64,000 nucleotides of DNA from Cystobasidiomycetes sp. EMM_F5 (lineage: Eukaryota): assembly GCA_051047955.1 (NCBI GenBank), contig JBPGPT010000013.1, positions 1 through 64,000 of the forward strand, in the 5' to 3' direction. Every line of letters starts with the position of its first letter. Within the stretch, counting starts at the first letter, position 1. A program made the translations under genes and the position numbers. Below, piece after piece: positions 1-12,575 of this stretch. The notes under the pieces were generated by a model, which was given only the letters and a program-made list of their open reading frames with translations, searched no databases and was not told the origin of the DNA.

Positions 1-450
1 GCACGAAGTGCGCGACCCCTGGACAGAACGGCGTTGCTACTAGTCAATGCACAGCAGGCTCATGCGCAGTAACCTGCTCGCAGGGATATGCACCTTCTCA
101 AGACGGCAAATCGTGCGTCGGAAACACAATCAACAGTTGCGGCACGTCTGGCACGAAGTGCGCGACCCCTGGACAGAACGGCGTTGCTACTAGTCAATGC
201 ACAGCTGGCTCCTGCGCAGTAACTTGCTCGCAAGGTTTCGCACCCTCGCAAGACGGATTATCGTGTGTTGGAAACACTGTCAACAGTTGTGGTACATCCG
301 GCGCCAAATGTGCTGTTGCTGGTCAAAATGGCGTCGCTACCAGCCAATGCCAAGCTGGGTCCTGCGTAGTAAGCTGTTCGCCGAACTACACTCTTTCGAA
401 CGATAAGCAATCATGTTCAACCACCTGCAAGGATGGCTCCGTCAGCGACG
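1..450 (+). repeat. 150-bp coding tandem repeat (at least 3 units in the window, related units near 830-1120)
   Basis: GCACGAAGTGCGCGACCCCTGGACAGAACG starts at both 1 and 151, and the first 55 nt are identical. A diverged third unit starts at 301. Confidence 0.95.
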
Positions 451-2107
451 GCTACGGTAATTGCGTGCGATGTAAGTCGTGGCCATTCTGATGAAATGCC
501 GCCTGACTCCTGACGCCGCGCATCTGCTGCTTCAGATCCTTCGTGCTCGTCGAGCAGTGATTGCGTTAAAAACACCGGACTTTCAAATTCGTACTGTTAT
601 CTGAGTACGGATGGTAACTACTGCTTCACTCCTTCCTCCAGTAAGTTCTGTCCAGCCAGACTCCATTCGACTCAACAGCAATAAAGCTAAAGAGTCTATT
701 GAATAGACGGTCGTGGAAGTCCCGCAGGCTCTAATTGTGGTTACGGCTCCAACCCAGCTGGCGACGATAATGGGTGTCTCACCGGCCTGATCTGCTTGAA
801 TCATATTTGCCAGAACCCAACAGTCAATGACCCCGGTAATTGCGGGACACCTGGCCACAAATGCCCCGCGACGGGATTGAACGGCGTCGCAACAAGCATG
901 TGCCAGAACAGTGCATGTGTCGTTACGTGCTCAAGCGGTTACTATCCGTCGCTGGATGGCTCGTCTTGCGTAGCAAGCGATGTCAACAATTGCGGTAGCG
1001 CTGGCAAGAAGTGTCCGGTCGCTGGACAGAACGGCGTGGCTACGAGCACGTGTACCGCGAACGGATGTGCTATCACTTGCACATCCCCGTACACGCTGTC
1101 ACAGGACGGGCAGTCCTGCGTTGCCGCCACTTCAACTTGCCTTGACGGAACTTACCTATCAGGCGGTCAATGCCTGCGATGTAAGTCTTGTGTATGCTAC
1201 GATGCGGAGATATAGCTGATCACTGCCTACCTTTCTACAGACTCGTGCAACACTGATCAAGATTGCGTCCGTCAGACTGGCATAAGCGTGGCGGCGTGCA
1301 CATACAATGTGTGCTTCGCTCCATCAAGTAGTAAGCTCTTCTGTCTGGCAACAATATAAAAATGAATGCTCACCGACGTTCACAAAAGATTCAAAGGGAT
1401 TAGCTGCTGGAGCTACCTGTGGAGGATACGCGCCTCCAGGAGACGACCATACTTGCGGTACAAACTTGATCTGCATCAATTACAAGTGTACAGACCCTTA
1501 CGATAGCGACCTCAACAAGTAAGTTCCTGAATTGGATTGGCGCTTCATGCTGGCTAATCATAATTGCAGCTGTGGGTCATGCGGCAATCAATGCGCCCGC
1601 CCAACGGACACCGGAGTTTTGTCTTCAAGTTGCGTCAGTCGCAATTGCGTAATCAAGTGCTCCACTGGATACGTGCCTAGCATCGACAGCAAGCGCTGTG
1701 TTCCTGGAGCATCTGCGCATGCCAAGCTGCGCAGGAAAGCAGCTGCCGCACCTCCCAAAGCTTCGCTATGCCCCACGGGAGAGAGCGCGTGTCCTATTCG
1801 GGGATCCGCAAGCTTTGCTACCTTCATGGCATCTTCCAACAGAGTCGAAGACTTTGCCCACTCTACAGGCGGCTTCGAATGCATCGACACTTCAGCAGCA
1901 ATCGAATCATGTGGAGGCTGTCTTTCCATGGGCGAGGGAGTTGACTGTACGGCAATTTCCAACGCGTCGAGCGTTGGTTGTGCTGCTGGTCGATGCATTG
2001 TTCTCGGCTGCAAGAGCGGGTACCAGCCGTCTAGTAGCGGCGCATATTGCATCGCTGGAGCCAACCGACATGCGAGATCCACCCACACGGTCAAACATCG
2101 CTTGTAG
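1..2107 (+). CDS. Cys-rich repeat protein with C-terminal CPL1/PriA-like domain (5' partial, multi-exon)
   Basis: Frame from nt 3 reads [39 protein letters not shown] in 50-aa repeats. Introns 472-535, 641-706, 1181-1240, 1331-1388 and 1519-1569 keep the frame. The C-terminus [11 protein letters not shown]...[16 protein letters not shown]...GVDCTAI...[17 protein letters not shown] matches the basidiomycete CPL1/PriA pattern. Confidence 0.85.
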
Positions 2108-2333
2108 GTAAAGTGACCCTCCTCAACAGTCTCCCACGTCTGCATCCATTCATACATGCATAATCATATCACAACCAAGTCATAGCATGGTAGAGCGCAG
2201 GCAGTTTATGTATGTAGGACACATCGATACTAGCGAAGTCACGCCGGTTATCCTATCTTGTCCCAAACTCGACGAAGCGGAGACCGGTCTGCAAGCTGGA
2301 GGTGCACACCTTTCCACCAAGTCTTTCCGGCTC

Positions 2334-4612
2334 ATGAACCAGAGGGATGGCTACGATGCCCATACCGCTGCAGGTGACGCTCTGCCAACACGAGCAGCAC
2401 CGTCGAGGACTTCCAGCGCGTCCAGCAGTTCGCCCGTGTCGACGCTGATTAGGGACGGAGCCCGTCGCCGTCGGAGCTCCAGCATATCGAAAGCGGGCAG
2501 CAATAGCAGCAGTAGCGTCGTCGAAGCTGCAGTGTTCCCTGCTGGCAATTCCCATGCTGTCGATACTTTTGCAGGAGCATCGCAGTCTCGTCACCAACGA
2601 AGTATGCGCCAAAATGATGCAAGCTCCAACAGCGCGTCAGGCGGCAGCAGCGAGAAGAATTCATTCTCGCAAGCTGAGGCCATGCAGCGTACCAATAGCG
2701 CGGGATCTTACTCGGACGGCGGTTTGAGCGACGAGTCCGAAAATGTTTTGGCTCCGAGTAGTCGCAGCCCTTCAGCGTCCGGGAGCAAGACCACTGCAAA
2801 GAGACCAAAGCTTTCTCGTGCCGAACGAGACAGGCTAAAGACTAAGCGCTTCGCAAGGGAAATGACATTCGTTGTGCGTATTTCCATCGCCAATCAGGAA
2901 CATATGTCTGACGCATTGCGACGACTTTATATTTTAGACTGTCCCGAGTATACTCCTCTCTATGGTTGGATCAGTCATGGCGGGCGAAGTACTAGCCAGA
3001 ATGAAAGTGAGCGGTCGTAAATGTCTTCTGAAACGCAGCGGGACTCACCAGTGTACTCCACTACTATTCACTTGATAAATAATACAGCACTGGTCGGTAT
3101 TTTTGCGCGTGGAGGAGCTCTTCATCCTTGTTCCGATCCTGCTCAACCTCAAGGGAAATCTAGAGATGAACCTCGCGGCTCGCTTCTCTACTTCCGCCAA
3201 TATTGGCGAGCTCGACCATCGCACTACGCGTCGATCACTGGTGCTGGGTAATCTGGCACTTTTACAAGTCCAAGCTCTTGCAGTCTCCCTTTTGGCAGGC
3301 CTGGTTGCTTTTGTTCTAGGCTTGATGTCCAGGCATGGTCTCGCAAATTCTCCGGCAGCTTTGACCGGACACGACATCCAAGCCTACGGTGTCGAGAGAG
3401 GTGGATATTTCGAGGCTCTGCTCGTCCTCACAGCTAGCATGACTTCTGCCAGCGCAAGTTCAGCAGTCGTGGGCGCATTCATGTGCGCTCTGGTAATTAT
3501 CAGTAGATTCCTGCGCATCAATCCAGGTGAGTGGTTGGGCGAGCTCAAGACTGCGAAGGTAGCTGGACTGTTCTGAAGCTCCCCTGTGCTAGATAATTTG
3601 GCAACGCCGCTCGCAGCTTCTCTCGGAGACCTTCTCACTCTAATCATTCTTGGTCTCGTTGCAAACATTGGTGCTAATGTGATGGCTTCCTTCGTCTCGA
3701 CTATCATCTTTGCTATTCTTATCATCTTTGTTGCTCTTATGGTTCTCGTCACTATCCGCAACGCGTACGTACAGGAGCTGATTTGGGCCGGCTGGATCCC
3801 ATTGCTACTGGCGCTAGGCGTTTCGAGGTTTGTCGAGCCAGTGATACGTACCATTACATTGCTCGCTGATGCTATCGTCTTAGCGGTACCGGCCTGATCT
3901 TGCAGGCGTATGTTAATCAGTATCGCGGGTTTGGCTTGATTGCGCCAGTAGTGACGGGTATGTATCATTTTATGATGGACCATCGCCTTGTGTTCTTGCT
4001 GACTTGATCGCCCGTTCATGATGCTAGGCGTTGCAGGCAATGTCGGAGCCATCTTTGTTTCACGCATTTCCACAGCTCTGCACGGAGCCAAAGAAGAGCG
4101 ATACTTGCTCACTGCAGGCACCCTCTTTGTCATTTCGTCGCCCATTCTTATGGCTTTTCTAGCATTCATATGGCTTACGGGTCAAGTTAAGATTGGCATT
4201 GCGTTCGCATTCAGCTATACCCTTCTCAGTGCAGCGGTCGTAAGCTCGTTGCCGCCTCAAATACATGCAGCTGCAATTGACGATGAGGATGTAGATTATC
4301 ATTTCGTTGAGCATCGGATACTTCCTCACATTTTGGCTATGGCAACGAGATTATGACCCGGATATCAAGTAAGCGCGATGGTGTCCTGCTGATCCTGTCT
4401 CTTGTTCTACATTCTGACGAGTCAATATATTCAGCGCCTTGCCTTTACTCTCATCGGCTGTCGATCTGTGCGGTCAATTATTGCTGGTGGTCGCTTTCTC
4501 CTTGGCTAGCTGGTTGGGTGGAGATGTGCTGGCTCCATCTCCAGCTGTGACGATAATTGGAAACTTGACCACAATCGTAAACACGACTTCCGCAGCAGTC
4601 ATCAGACACTGA
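2334..4612 (+). CDS. SLC41/MgtE-family divalent cation (Mg2+) transporter
   Basis: ELFILVPILLNLKGNLEMNLAARFSTSANIGELD, NP-DNLATPLAASLGDLLTL and GVAGNVGAIFVSRISTALH are SLC41 repeat motifs. Ser-rich N-terminus, multiple introns, stop TGA 4610-4612. Confidence 0.9.
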
Positions 4613-6267
4613 GTTCCGTCTCGCCATGAAAGTTAGCTTATGCCAGAAGTCAGTCATCGCAGTCGCAGTGCAGTCTTTAGGAATCTACTGTAGAATGACA
4701 ACAGGAGTTGTAAGAAAGACATGCGTCAACCCGAACACTAAAGATGGGCTAATGTCCAAGATCAGAACATCCCCCTTTCTGGGCACTAACTGGCCTGTTC
4801 TGTTCGTACAGTCGCTAAGTCTGGTGCTACGGGATGGGTAGGACTTACTGAACTGCTGGAACCTCTCAAACAGAAAAGGTCAAACGTCTTATCGCATCAC
4901 GGCGCCAATCCATGCGTCTGTTTCCACTTCCGCTCCAAGATGCATACGTCCGTGTCTCTTCGCTATATTCGTCAAAGCATGCTGACACAGACAGTTGAAG
5001 TGTAAAGGGCGAGTTGGCAAAAGGCAACGCTACAACTGCATTTGCGATGCGGTTGCAGTTGCAGCAGCCGCGATCACGAATAGATGCAGAATGTCTCCGA
5101 TAAATTGGGTGGGGCCCCGGGCATCGGGGATAGCGCTAGAATCTGGGGGAGAAGAGGGGGTTTCTGCCCTGCTTGGCCGAGCCTTTTGCGGACATCTAGG
5201 CATTCGAAACTATGCAGCTGTCGCGCTGTCACAAGCTTGCAAGGCAATATTACGTTGAATAAAGCCAAAAAGTATCAAGACATGTTTGTCGGTCTTTGGC
5301 AAGAGTACGACGATAAAATGCCCATTTCGACAGCGAGAGAAGGGAAGCGTCAGACGGACAGCATCGCAGAAATGAGTGTGCTTTCAGGTGACATAAAGCA
5401 ACACAGCCAAGGTGTGAACGTTGGCGGTTGCGGTATCGATAGTGTAAATTGCTGTAGGCAAAGCTTGCAGAATCTGGCAGAAATGGCAATTTCTTCCAGT
5501 GCGAAACTGGCTCTTAGATGCCCGAAACATCACTATGCGCATTGCTGAACGCGCTACAATGAGTCTAAAAGCCCGTTTCTGCCCGGTTTCTGTACCTTGC
5601 TGCGTGGGCGAGAAAGAGAATTTGGCAGTTTCTGTCAGCCAATCCGAGGGCAGGAATGCAGAAGTGCCCATCTCAACTCGGCAGGGTCCAGCTCCAGCAA
5701 TTGGCCAGTTGAGTCGTGGGAAGTTGGGAAATGCAGAGTGTACGTTGTTTTTTAGTCGTGCACAAGAGTGTCGAGCACTTTGGAAGCTCGCTGTGCTGCT
5801 CGCTCGTTGCTTTTGCGCTCGTCTGCGGAGACACATCATTCAAAAGTTGGTCCAGCTGCCAGCAATCGAAGCCCGTCAAGACTCAGCGCAAATCCGCCAA
5901 CAAGCCATCTCGAGACAACTCTGCTTCGTCAACGTCAACGCTGCTCTTGTTCTGCTCTACTCTGGCGCGAAGCCGCACGAAGGTCATCATTCAGCCCGGA
6001 AACGTTGGTGGTAATCGGACGGCAAGGTCTACCTTTGTGAGTCTGGGAAGAGAAAGGCGGCCTGGCTACTTGCTCACGACTGCACCTCATTCTCTTGCTT
6101 GGATACCATTCTCCCGCACTCACTTTCCAACAACCACAGAAAAGGCTATCTGGCTGTAGAGTTGCGAGCATTGACGTCGTCGAGCTGAGGGCAACGCGGC
6201 AACGCAGCAACAAGCACAGGAAACGAGGCAGGCCTCTGGGCAGAGCTGCCTTCGTATTGTAGCCATC

Positions 6268-8830
6268 ATGGATCCGACAATGGACACTCCAAATCCTGGC
6301 CATCTCGCAGCCGTAATGACGGCGGACTCTAGCAGCGCTCCAGTCTCCCCTGCCAGAGCGACTCCAGTTCCAGGAGGCAAGCCCGCCAAAGAGCGCACAT
6401 CGATATGCTCCTACTGCAACATGGTGCGCACTCCTTCCCAGCATCCATTGCTTGTTGCTCACTCTGTTTCTCTCTCTCTCCTCGCACACCACACGTGACT
6501 CTTCTACTGCTGTTCCAAATTTGGTAAAATTACTTCGTTTCGCAGTCCTTCAACAAGAAGGAACATCTGCAAAGACACGAGCGCACACGTAGGTCTACAG
6601 TCACAGACACAGGAGGCTACAGCAATGCTAAACGGCTTCTGCGACTGTCATCTCTGCTTCCCGCTTGTTTCACTGCTGCAATCCGGTAATGCTCCCGATG
6701 CGATCGAATACTTCACTTCTCTCCCGAAACTAACCCGGTTTGTCAATATTGCCCTGGTCCAATGACGTGAATGCTCTCTCAACGCGCACGGAACATACAG
6801 ATACATTGGCAAGGCCGTACGTATGCGAGCATCCGGGCTGCGGCAAGACTTTCGCGAGACGGTACGTTACGTTTCCTGAAAGAAGGTGAATTGTGTAATA
6901 CGAGATGAGCTAAACTGCAACGGCGATTTGTCGTTTTAGAGATACCTTGACTCGCCATACTCGCCTTCATTCAAGAGACGATGACGTGCTGGGTCCAGTT
7001 GCTGATGTTTCTGCGGGCGGTACGCTCGGTCAGGCAGACTTGTCTACCGAAGCCCTGAATACGCTCAACGGAGCGGGGCAGACTGGCCTCGCAGCAGGAC
7101 CAGGAGCAGACGTCAGTGCGACTGCTACTGCCAAGCCATTCAAAAAGCGAAAACCACGCAAGAAGCGAGCAGTATCGCCGTCAGACTCGGACGAGCCATC
7201 TCTGTCACATACGGTCTCTTCCGGTGGCAGTGGTCCTGCCAGTCTCGGATCTGAGCATAAGATTGAACCGTTCATTCCCTTACCTCTTACGATGCAGCCG
7301 CTCTTGGCCGAAACTGACCTCACGCTTGCGAGCTATTCCTCCGAAGATCTGGATGTAGAAAAGGAGGAAAGTCCCCCATCCGAGCAACCTACCCCAGGCA
7401 TGGCTGCATCAGCCACTCTCCTTTACGACTTGGTGCGCGGCCATACAAGCGCAACTAGCATCAGTCATCCTATACCTGGTATGAGCTTGTCCTATGCCGC
7501 TGCCGCCAGCCCCGAATCCAATTCTGCGATGGGCCTCGATCTAGACTTGGGAATCCCTTCAGAAGCAGGTACGAATGTCGCCAGCCCATTCTCAACACAA
7601 CCAACATTGCCAAATAACGACCTCGCCGTGGATGCCAAAGAGAGCTTTCGGCTTGGCGAGGCAGAAGGTCTCGACAAAGCCCAATTTTTTCCAGACTCTG
7701 CCGATGTCAATGCCGTCATCGCGCCCTTTGTCAGCCACGTTACAGAACATATCAGGTTTGCAACCGATCCCGCCGACCTCGTTGGCAATGCCACCTTTAC
7801 AACCCAGCCCATTCCAGCCCAGCAATCTGCCTTCGGTCCTCAGGCGATCAACTCGCAACACTACCGTTCGCGCTCAGGCCCCGCATCCTTCCCAATCCAA
7901 CAATCATCCCCCGCCTCAATCCTCAGTCATTCGCTCGCCGCAGTCGCAAGCGGCGCCAGTGCCTTTGGCAACGGCCAACCTGGCCAGTCCTTTCTCGCCG
8001 GCCCTGCAGGCAGCCCATACCCTGCTGAACTTTTCAAGTACGACAACAACCTGAGCTCCCTTCGTTCCGCTTCACCTTTTGGTGCTGCACCCTTTCACGC
8101 CTATGCGGGCATGCCCGCCTTTGCTCCTCTCGCTTCTCTAACATCGTCAAGTCTGCACAGCGGATTCTCGCCTTCGATGGATGACTTTCATCGGCCAATC
8201 AGCTCTAATTCTGATTCAAGCTCGTCTATCATCTCGAAAGGTTTGGCTCCTTCACCTCTCTCCGCTACAGCCATGCTCCCAGCGCTGTCTATGCGCAGCA
8301 TGATGGCCATGACTGCGTCGGCACTGACCTCGTCATATGGGGGCGGTGGAGGGTACGAGACTTTGTGCGTAGCTGCTCCGAGCTATGAATCGTACAATGT
8401 ACATGCCTATCCGTCAGCCCTGGCGCTGGCCGACATACGCGTGCCTGCCCCTCGAGTGATGGAATTCGCTCGACAAGAGCAGAAACGGACTCTGGACGAC
8501 CAAGCCGATCAGGTGAGATAAGCTCCCTTATACTGCTTTGTTGCATGTCATTAAAGAGCTCGATGCACATCGCAGTACTTGCAATGGCCAGCTTCTCGCG
8601 AGGAATCGCCACCGTCCGCCACGTTTAGCGGAAGCGGTCTATCTCCAGATTGCGCCTCGCAATCGTCTGCCTCCCCTTCTACTACTTCATTCTTTGATTT
8701 ACGAGACTTGGACGTCATGCAGCCCAGCTTTTTCGCCGACAAGGCGTTTGCAGTGACGCGACCATCGTCGCCCATTGCCTCTCTTGAGGAATGGCTAATC
8801 AAGAATGCGAGCGATCCCATGTTTGACTGA
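6268..8830 (+). CDS. C2H2 zinc-finger transcription factor (two N-terminal fingers)
   Basis: Spliced exons give ICSYCNM/SFNKKEHLQRHERTH/TLARPYVCEHPGCGKTFARR/DTLTRHTRLH. A basic NLS-like KKRKPRKKR and a long Ser/Ala-rich region follow. Confidence 0.85.
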
Positions 8831-9527
8831 GCCAGTCGGCTGCAACGACCACGAAAATGTATTCATCGTACCCAATCAACGTATACATGCGCATAATACA
8901 TCAACTTTTCGCTTTCAATCCACCAAATAGACGAATGGCGAGGACAAACGTCGATGCCGTCAACTACCAAAAACCGACTGTCGAGAGGCAGTCGTCATGA
9001 GCTATTCCTCAATTGGCAGCAGACATTGCTGCCAGCCATTGCCTTTATGCTTTACTGCGCCTCCTGCAATTACGTCACCAACCAAACACATTCACCACCA
9101 TCACTGTCAATCCAATCTCAAGGGCCTACCTGTGTACGTTCAAAGTATGATTGCGGTCCAATATGTCTAGGGAACAAGGTCTCATTACGTGCGGGCAAAA
9201 GGTCTACTTGGCCTGGTAGCGGCGTGCCAAGCTGTGTTGCCGTTTCAAAATGCTTTTATTCATATGTCGATGTATCCTAGCCAGCCCCACTGTGGCTCGT
9301 TATATTTCGTTATCGTCTGTGCAAACTTCGTTCTATGTGCCCATCTTTACTGTTTACGCTTGAAATGTTTAGCACAACACGTCGATCGGGGTTTACAAAT
9401 GGACGCGACTGCTATTTCGGATTTAAGGGTTTGCTCTTGTACAATTTGAACGACGAGCGAGCTGGATACTGGCGACACTGCTTGGATAATAGAACTTGGA
9501 TAATAGGACGCTTGGCCGCGGCATTGG

Positions 9528-12299
9528 ATGCTGCAAAGGTTGGATACGCCGACCCCGACAAGCCAGCTGCCAGGCCATTTGGTCGCTTCAGCAGTCCAAA
9601 AGCAACGGCGAGGGCTGGTTGCTCCGTCAACAATACCCAAGTCACACCTCGGACACCAGATGCGCTTTGCTGACAGCGACTCGTCGAGCTTCACGGCCAG
9701 CGAGTTTGCGAGCGATCACGAAAACGGCAATAACAACAACATCAACAACAATAACAACAATCTCAAGGCTGCTCGTCTAGGAGCTGGCAAGACTGCCCCA
9801 GACACAATGTACAGACGTGCAACGTATGCTGACGAGAATCAGGATCCTGGGACAAACCATAGCCTGGGCTACGGCGACGCCGGAATGGGCCTGGGGATGG
9901 ACGACAAGGAGCGCTTTCTAGACTTGCACAGCGTGCGCAAGCCAGCCCGTACTGCTACGGCTACAGCACCCACCTGGAAGCGTACACGAGTGGACGACAA
10001 TAGCGATGTCACCGCTGATGGCGACGAAGCCAGCTCGAGCGATGATGAATTCTCGGTGCGCTTGGGTCTGCGGCCAGGTCATGGTGCAGCCGTAGCAGCC
10101 AGTACACCTCATCCACGAGGCAATCGTGCAACTCGGCTCCAAGGTAGCCACGCACATACACAAAGTCCGGCAAGCAACAATGCCTCAAAATCCGCCTTCG
10201 ATGGCTTGGCTCGCGAGCTCCGTCGCGAATTTAAACGCATCGAGGGGTCGTCACCTCCAGCTGTTCTTGCCAACAAGCACCGTACGCCGTTCAAAGCTCG
10301 TTCGGCGAACGTCGAACAAACACCTCTCGTCCGGCAACAGACCGCTCTGAAAAGAAACGACGCTGCACCCCGTTATCAATCTATTCCTCACAATCCCGTT
10401 CAGCCCGCTCGCACTTTCGGTCAAGAATTACCATTATACAGCCAGCCCGCACGTCAGCAACCACCCGCAAAGCAGCAATCGTATCAATTGCTAAATCAAC
10501 CGACCCAACCGACCTCTTTCTCTCCTTTTCAAGTTTCGCCTGCACCCTTGCCATGCGCCGGGACAGCAGCTCCGCACAATTCTCGTGCTACTGCTTCGTC
10601 AATTGCACTTGCTGACAGGGCTTCCGATCGCCAAACAAAACAAAGCAATGCCCGCCTGCAACCCGATCGCATGGGATTAGCAGATGTCACCGGCCTAACG
10701 GACGCGATATCCTCACCATCTCGTATAGCTTCTGGTCCATCTTCTCATCGCGATATTCCTTCTGCTTCATTGCGGCAAGTTCGTCATGGCGAAGCTCGTC
10801 TACCCAACGAAGGTGCGATGTCAATCTATTCTATCCGCTTACAGACAGACAACTAACGCATCTGCTCAGATGTAGCGTTATCTTCTGCTCTATCTAGCTT
10901 GAGAAAGCGCTTGGAATTGCTGGAAACGGAAAATGTTCATTCCGAAGCAAAGGTGCGAGAGTTGGAGAGACAATTAGCAGAAAATCACGCATTTCCCGCG
11001 ACTGTCGGACCGTCTGAAGGTAAGAGCAGTCGTAGGGGAAGTCGTAAGAATAGCTTACCAATCCTGTTTCCCAATTTACAGACCTCGTCCCCGCTTTACG
11101 GGACGAGATTGAACGCCTACAAGCGTCTATTCATCAGCAGGCAGCCGCCCTCGCCGACTTGCAGGATGTGCATAGAAGCGATCACTCAAGGCCCGTGACG
11201 TCAGCCCTCGCAGGCGGGTCACAGCAATGGGCAAACGAATTTAACGATCTGAGAGCTGCATTGTTCGCACTTGCCGAGGAAGTGGGCGATGTGAAACGTA
11301 TTCTCGAAAGAGTTCTGGCCTCTTTGACCCAAGTAGGTGCTTTTGGTATCCACATAATACGATGTTGACAGTCGCGCTGCATAGCCGGACCCAACACGAT
11401 CTCCGCGGGACAAAGACCTTTTGCGCCGTCCTACTCCTGGCCTAGCACACTATAATGTAAGCGTTTTGTGTCCCCATTACGTGGCTCAGCCCTGAGATCT
11501 TGCTGTGCTGCAGAGCTCTCCTGGGATGCTTGAACGAGGGCAGTATGCCAGAAGTTCGGCTGCACCTGTCTTTTCCGACCAGCCACAGAATCGTGCATCC
11601 TCGGCTCCATTACCAGATCGGCATACACTCCATAGGGTACAGCGGATAGTCTCAAACGCTGAACACGCCAGCGAGCCGCTGTTAGACCGGGCTGAGAGAA
11701 TTCTATCCTCCCTGCCGCCTTCAAGCCAACATCCAGGCGTTCATACTTGCGAAGTATGCGCAGCCCAGCTTGGACATCACAATACCGGAGCCCTCAAACA
11801 GGATCTCCGACCTGAAAGGCCCAATGCCCGGCAAAGTTCGGCTGCGTATGTCTCGCATGTACCCGCTACGCTGGAATCTAGTCATCGTCTGCCGAGGGTC
11901 AAGCAAAACTATGCAGCAGATCCACAACCGGTGCCAATGCAAGCTGTGATTAGCCGGGCATTGCGGGAGTTAGAAGACGATTTTGCGAGTCACAAGCAGT
12001 AAGTCTGGGATTGCGGAAAGCGATAACTTGGCTGAGCACAAAACTCACTAGGATTTTCATCGAACTGTCTGATGAGTACAAGGCTATGGATCCCGCTATG
12101 CCAGATGTTGGGAAGCGTCAAGTCCTTGCCATACACCTGAAAGAGTCGATAGATGTATTAGAGTGCAAGGTGCGTCTAATGTCAGTATTGTCTCGGCAAT
12201 CACTAACGCTGGAATGCTCCACAGGCTAACGAGATCAAGCGGGTCTACGATCTCCTGCATTACAGCGGCGAAAGTACACACTATGGGGATCGCGTGTGA
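9528..12299 (+). CDS. Cep57/translokin-like protein with C-terminal microtubule-binding coiled coil
   Basis: The spliced C-terminus QAVISRALRELEDDFASHK/IFIELSDEYKAMDPA...KRQVLAIHLKESIDVLECK/ANEIKRVYDLL resembles the fungal Cep57_MT_bd domain. Disordered N-terminus and internal coiled coils. The start codon is uncertain. Confidence 0.7.
9729..9761 (+). repeat. Imperfect (AAC)n coding microsatellite (poly-Asn)
   Basis: AATAACAACAACATCAACAACAATAACAACAAT encodes NNNNINNNNNN. Confidence 0.8.
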
Positions 12300-12575
12300 A
12301 GAGAATGTCTGTATGAGTATCAACCGTTTCATCTGTTGTTGTATTGTAAGGCCTTCTGACTAGAACAACAAAAGTCACTTCGATTGTATACTCGCTACAT
12401 CGTCATTATCGTTATCATTAATGTCGTAAATGAAAGTCATATCCGTTGCCATGTGAAACGTTATTTTGGGCTTACTGCCGCATCTAGGCTGCCAGTACGT
12501 AGACAATCCTACTACAAACAAACGCAGCCTTTTACTGTGCTGCAACCTTTGAGAAGGGCCTGTCAGTGAGAATTA

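Noticed and set aside
2096..2107. PTS1-like C-terminus (HRL) on the Cys-rich protein
   Set aside because: A disulfide-rich CPL1-like protein is expected to be secreted, so the match is likely coincidental.
4995..6200. Overlapping 60-185 aa ORFs on both strands
   Set aside because: No recognisable motifs or coding-like composition. Probably chance ORFs in the promoter/UTR of the C2H2 gene.
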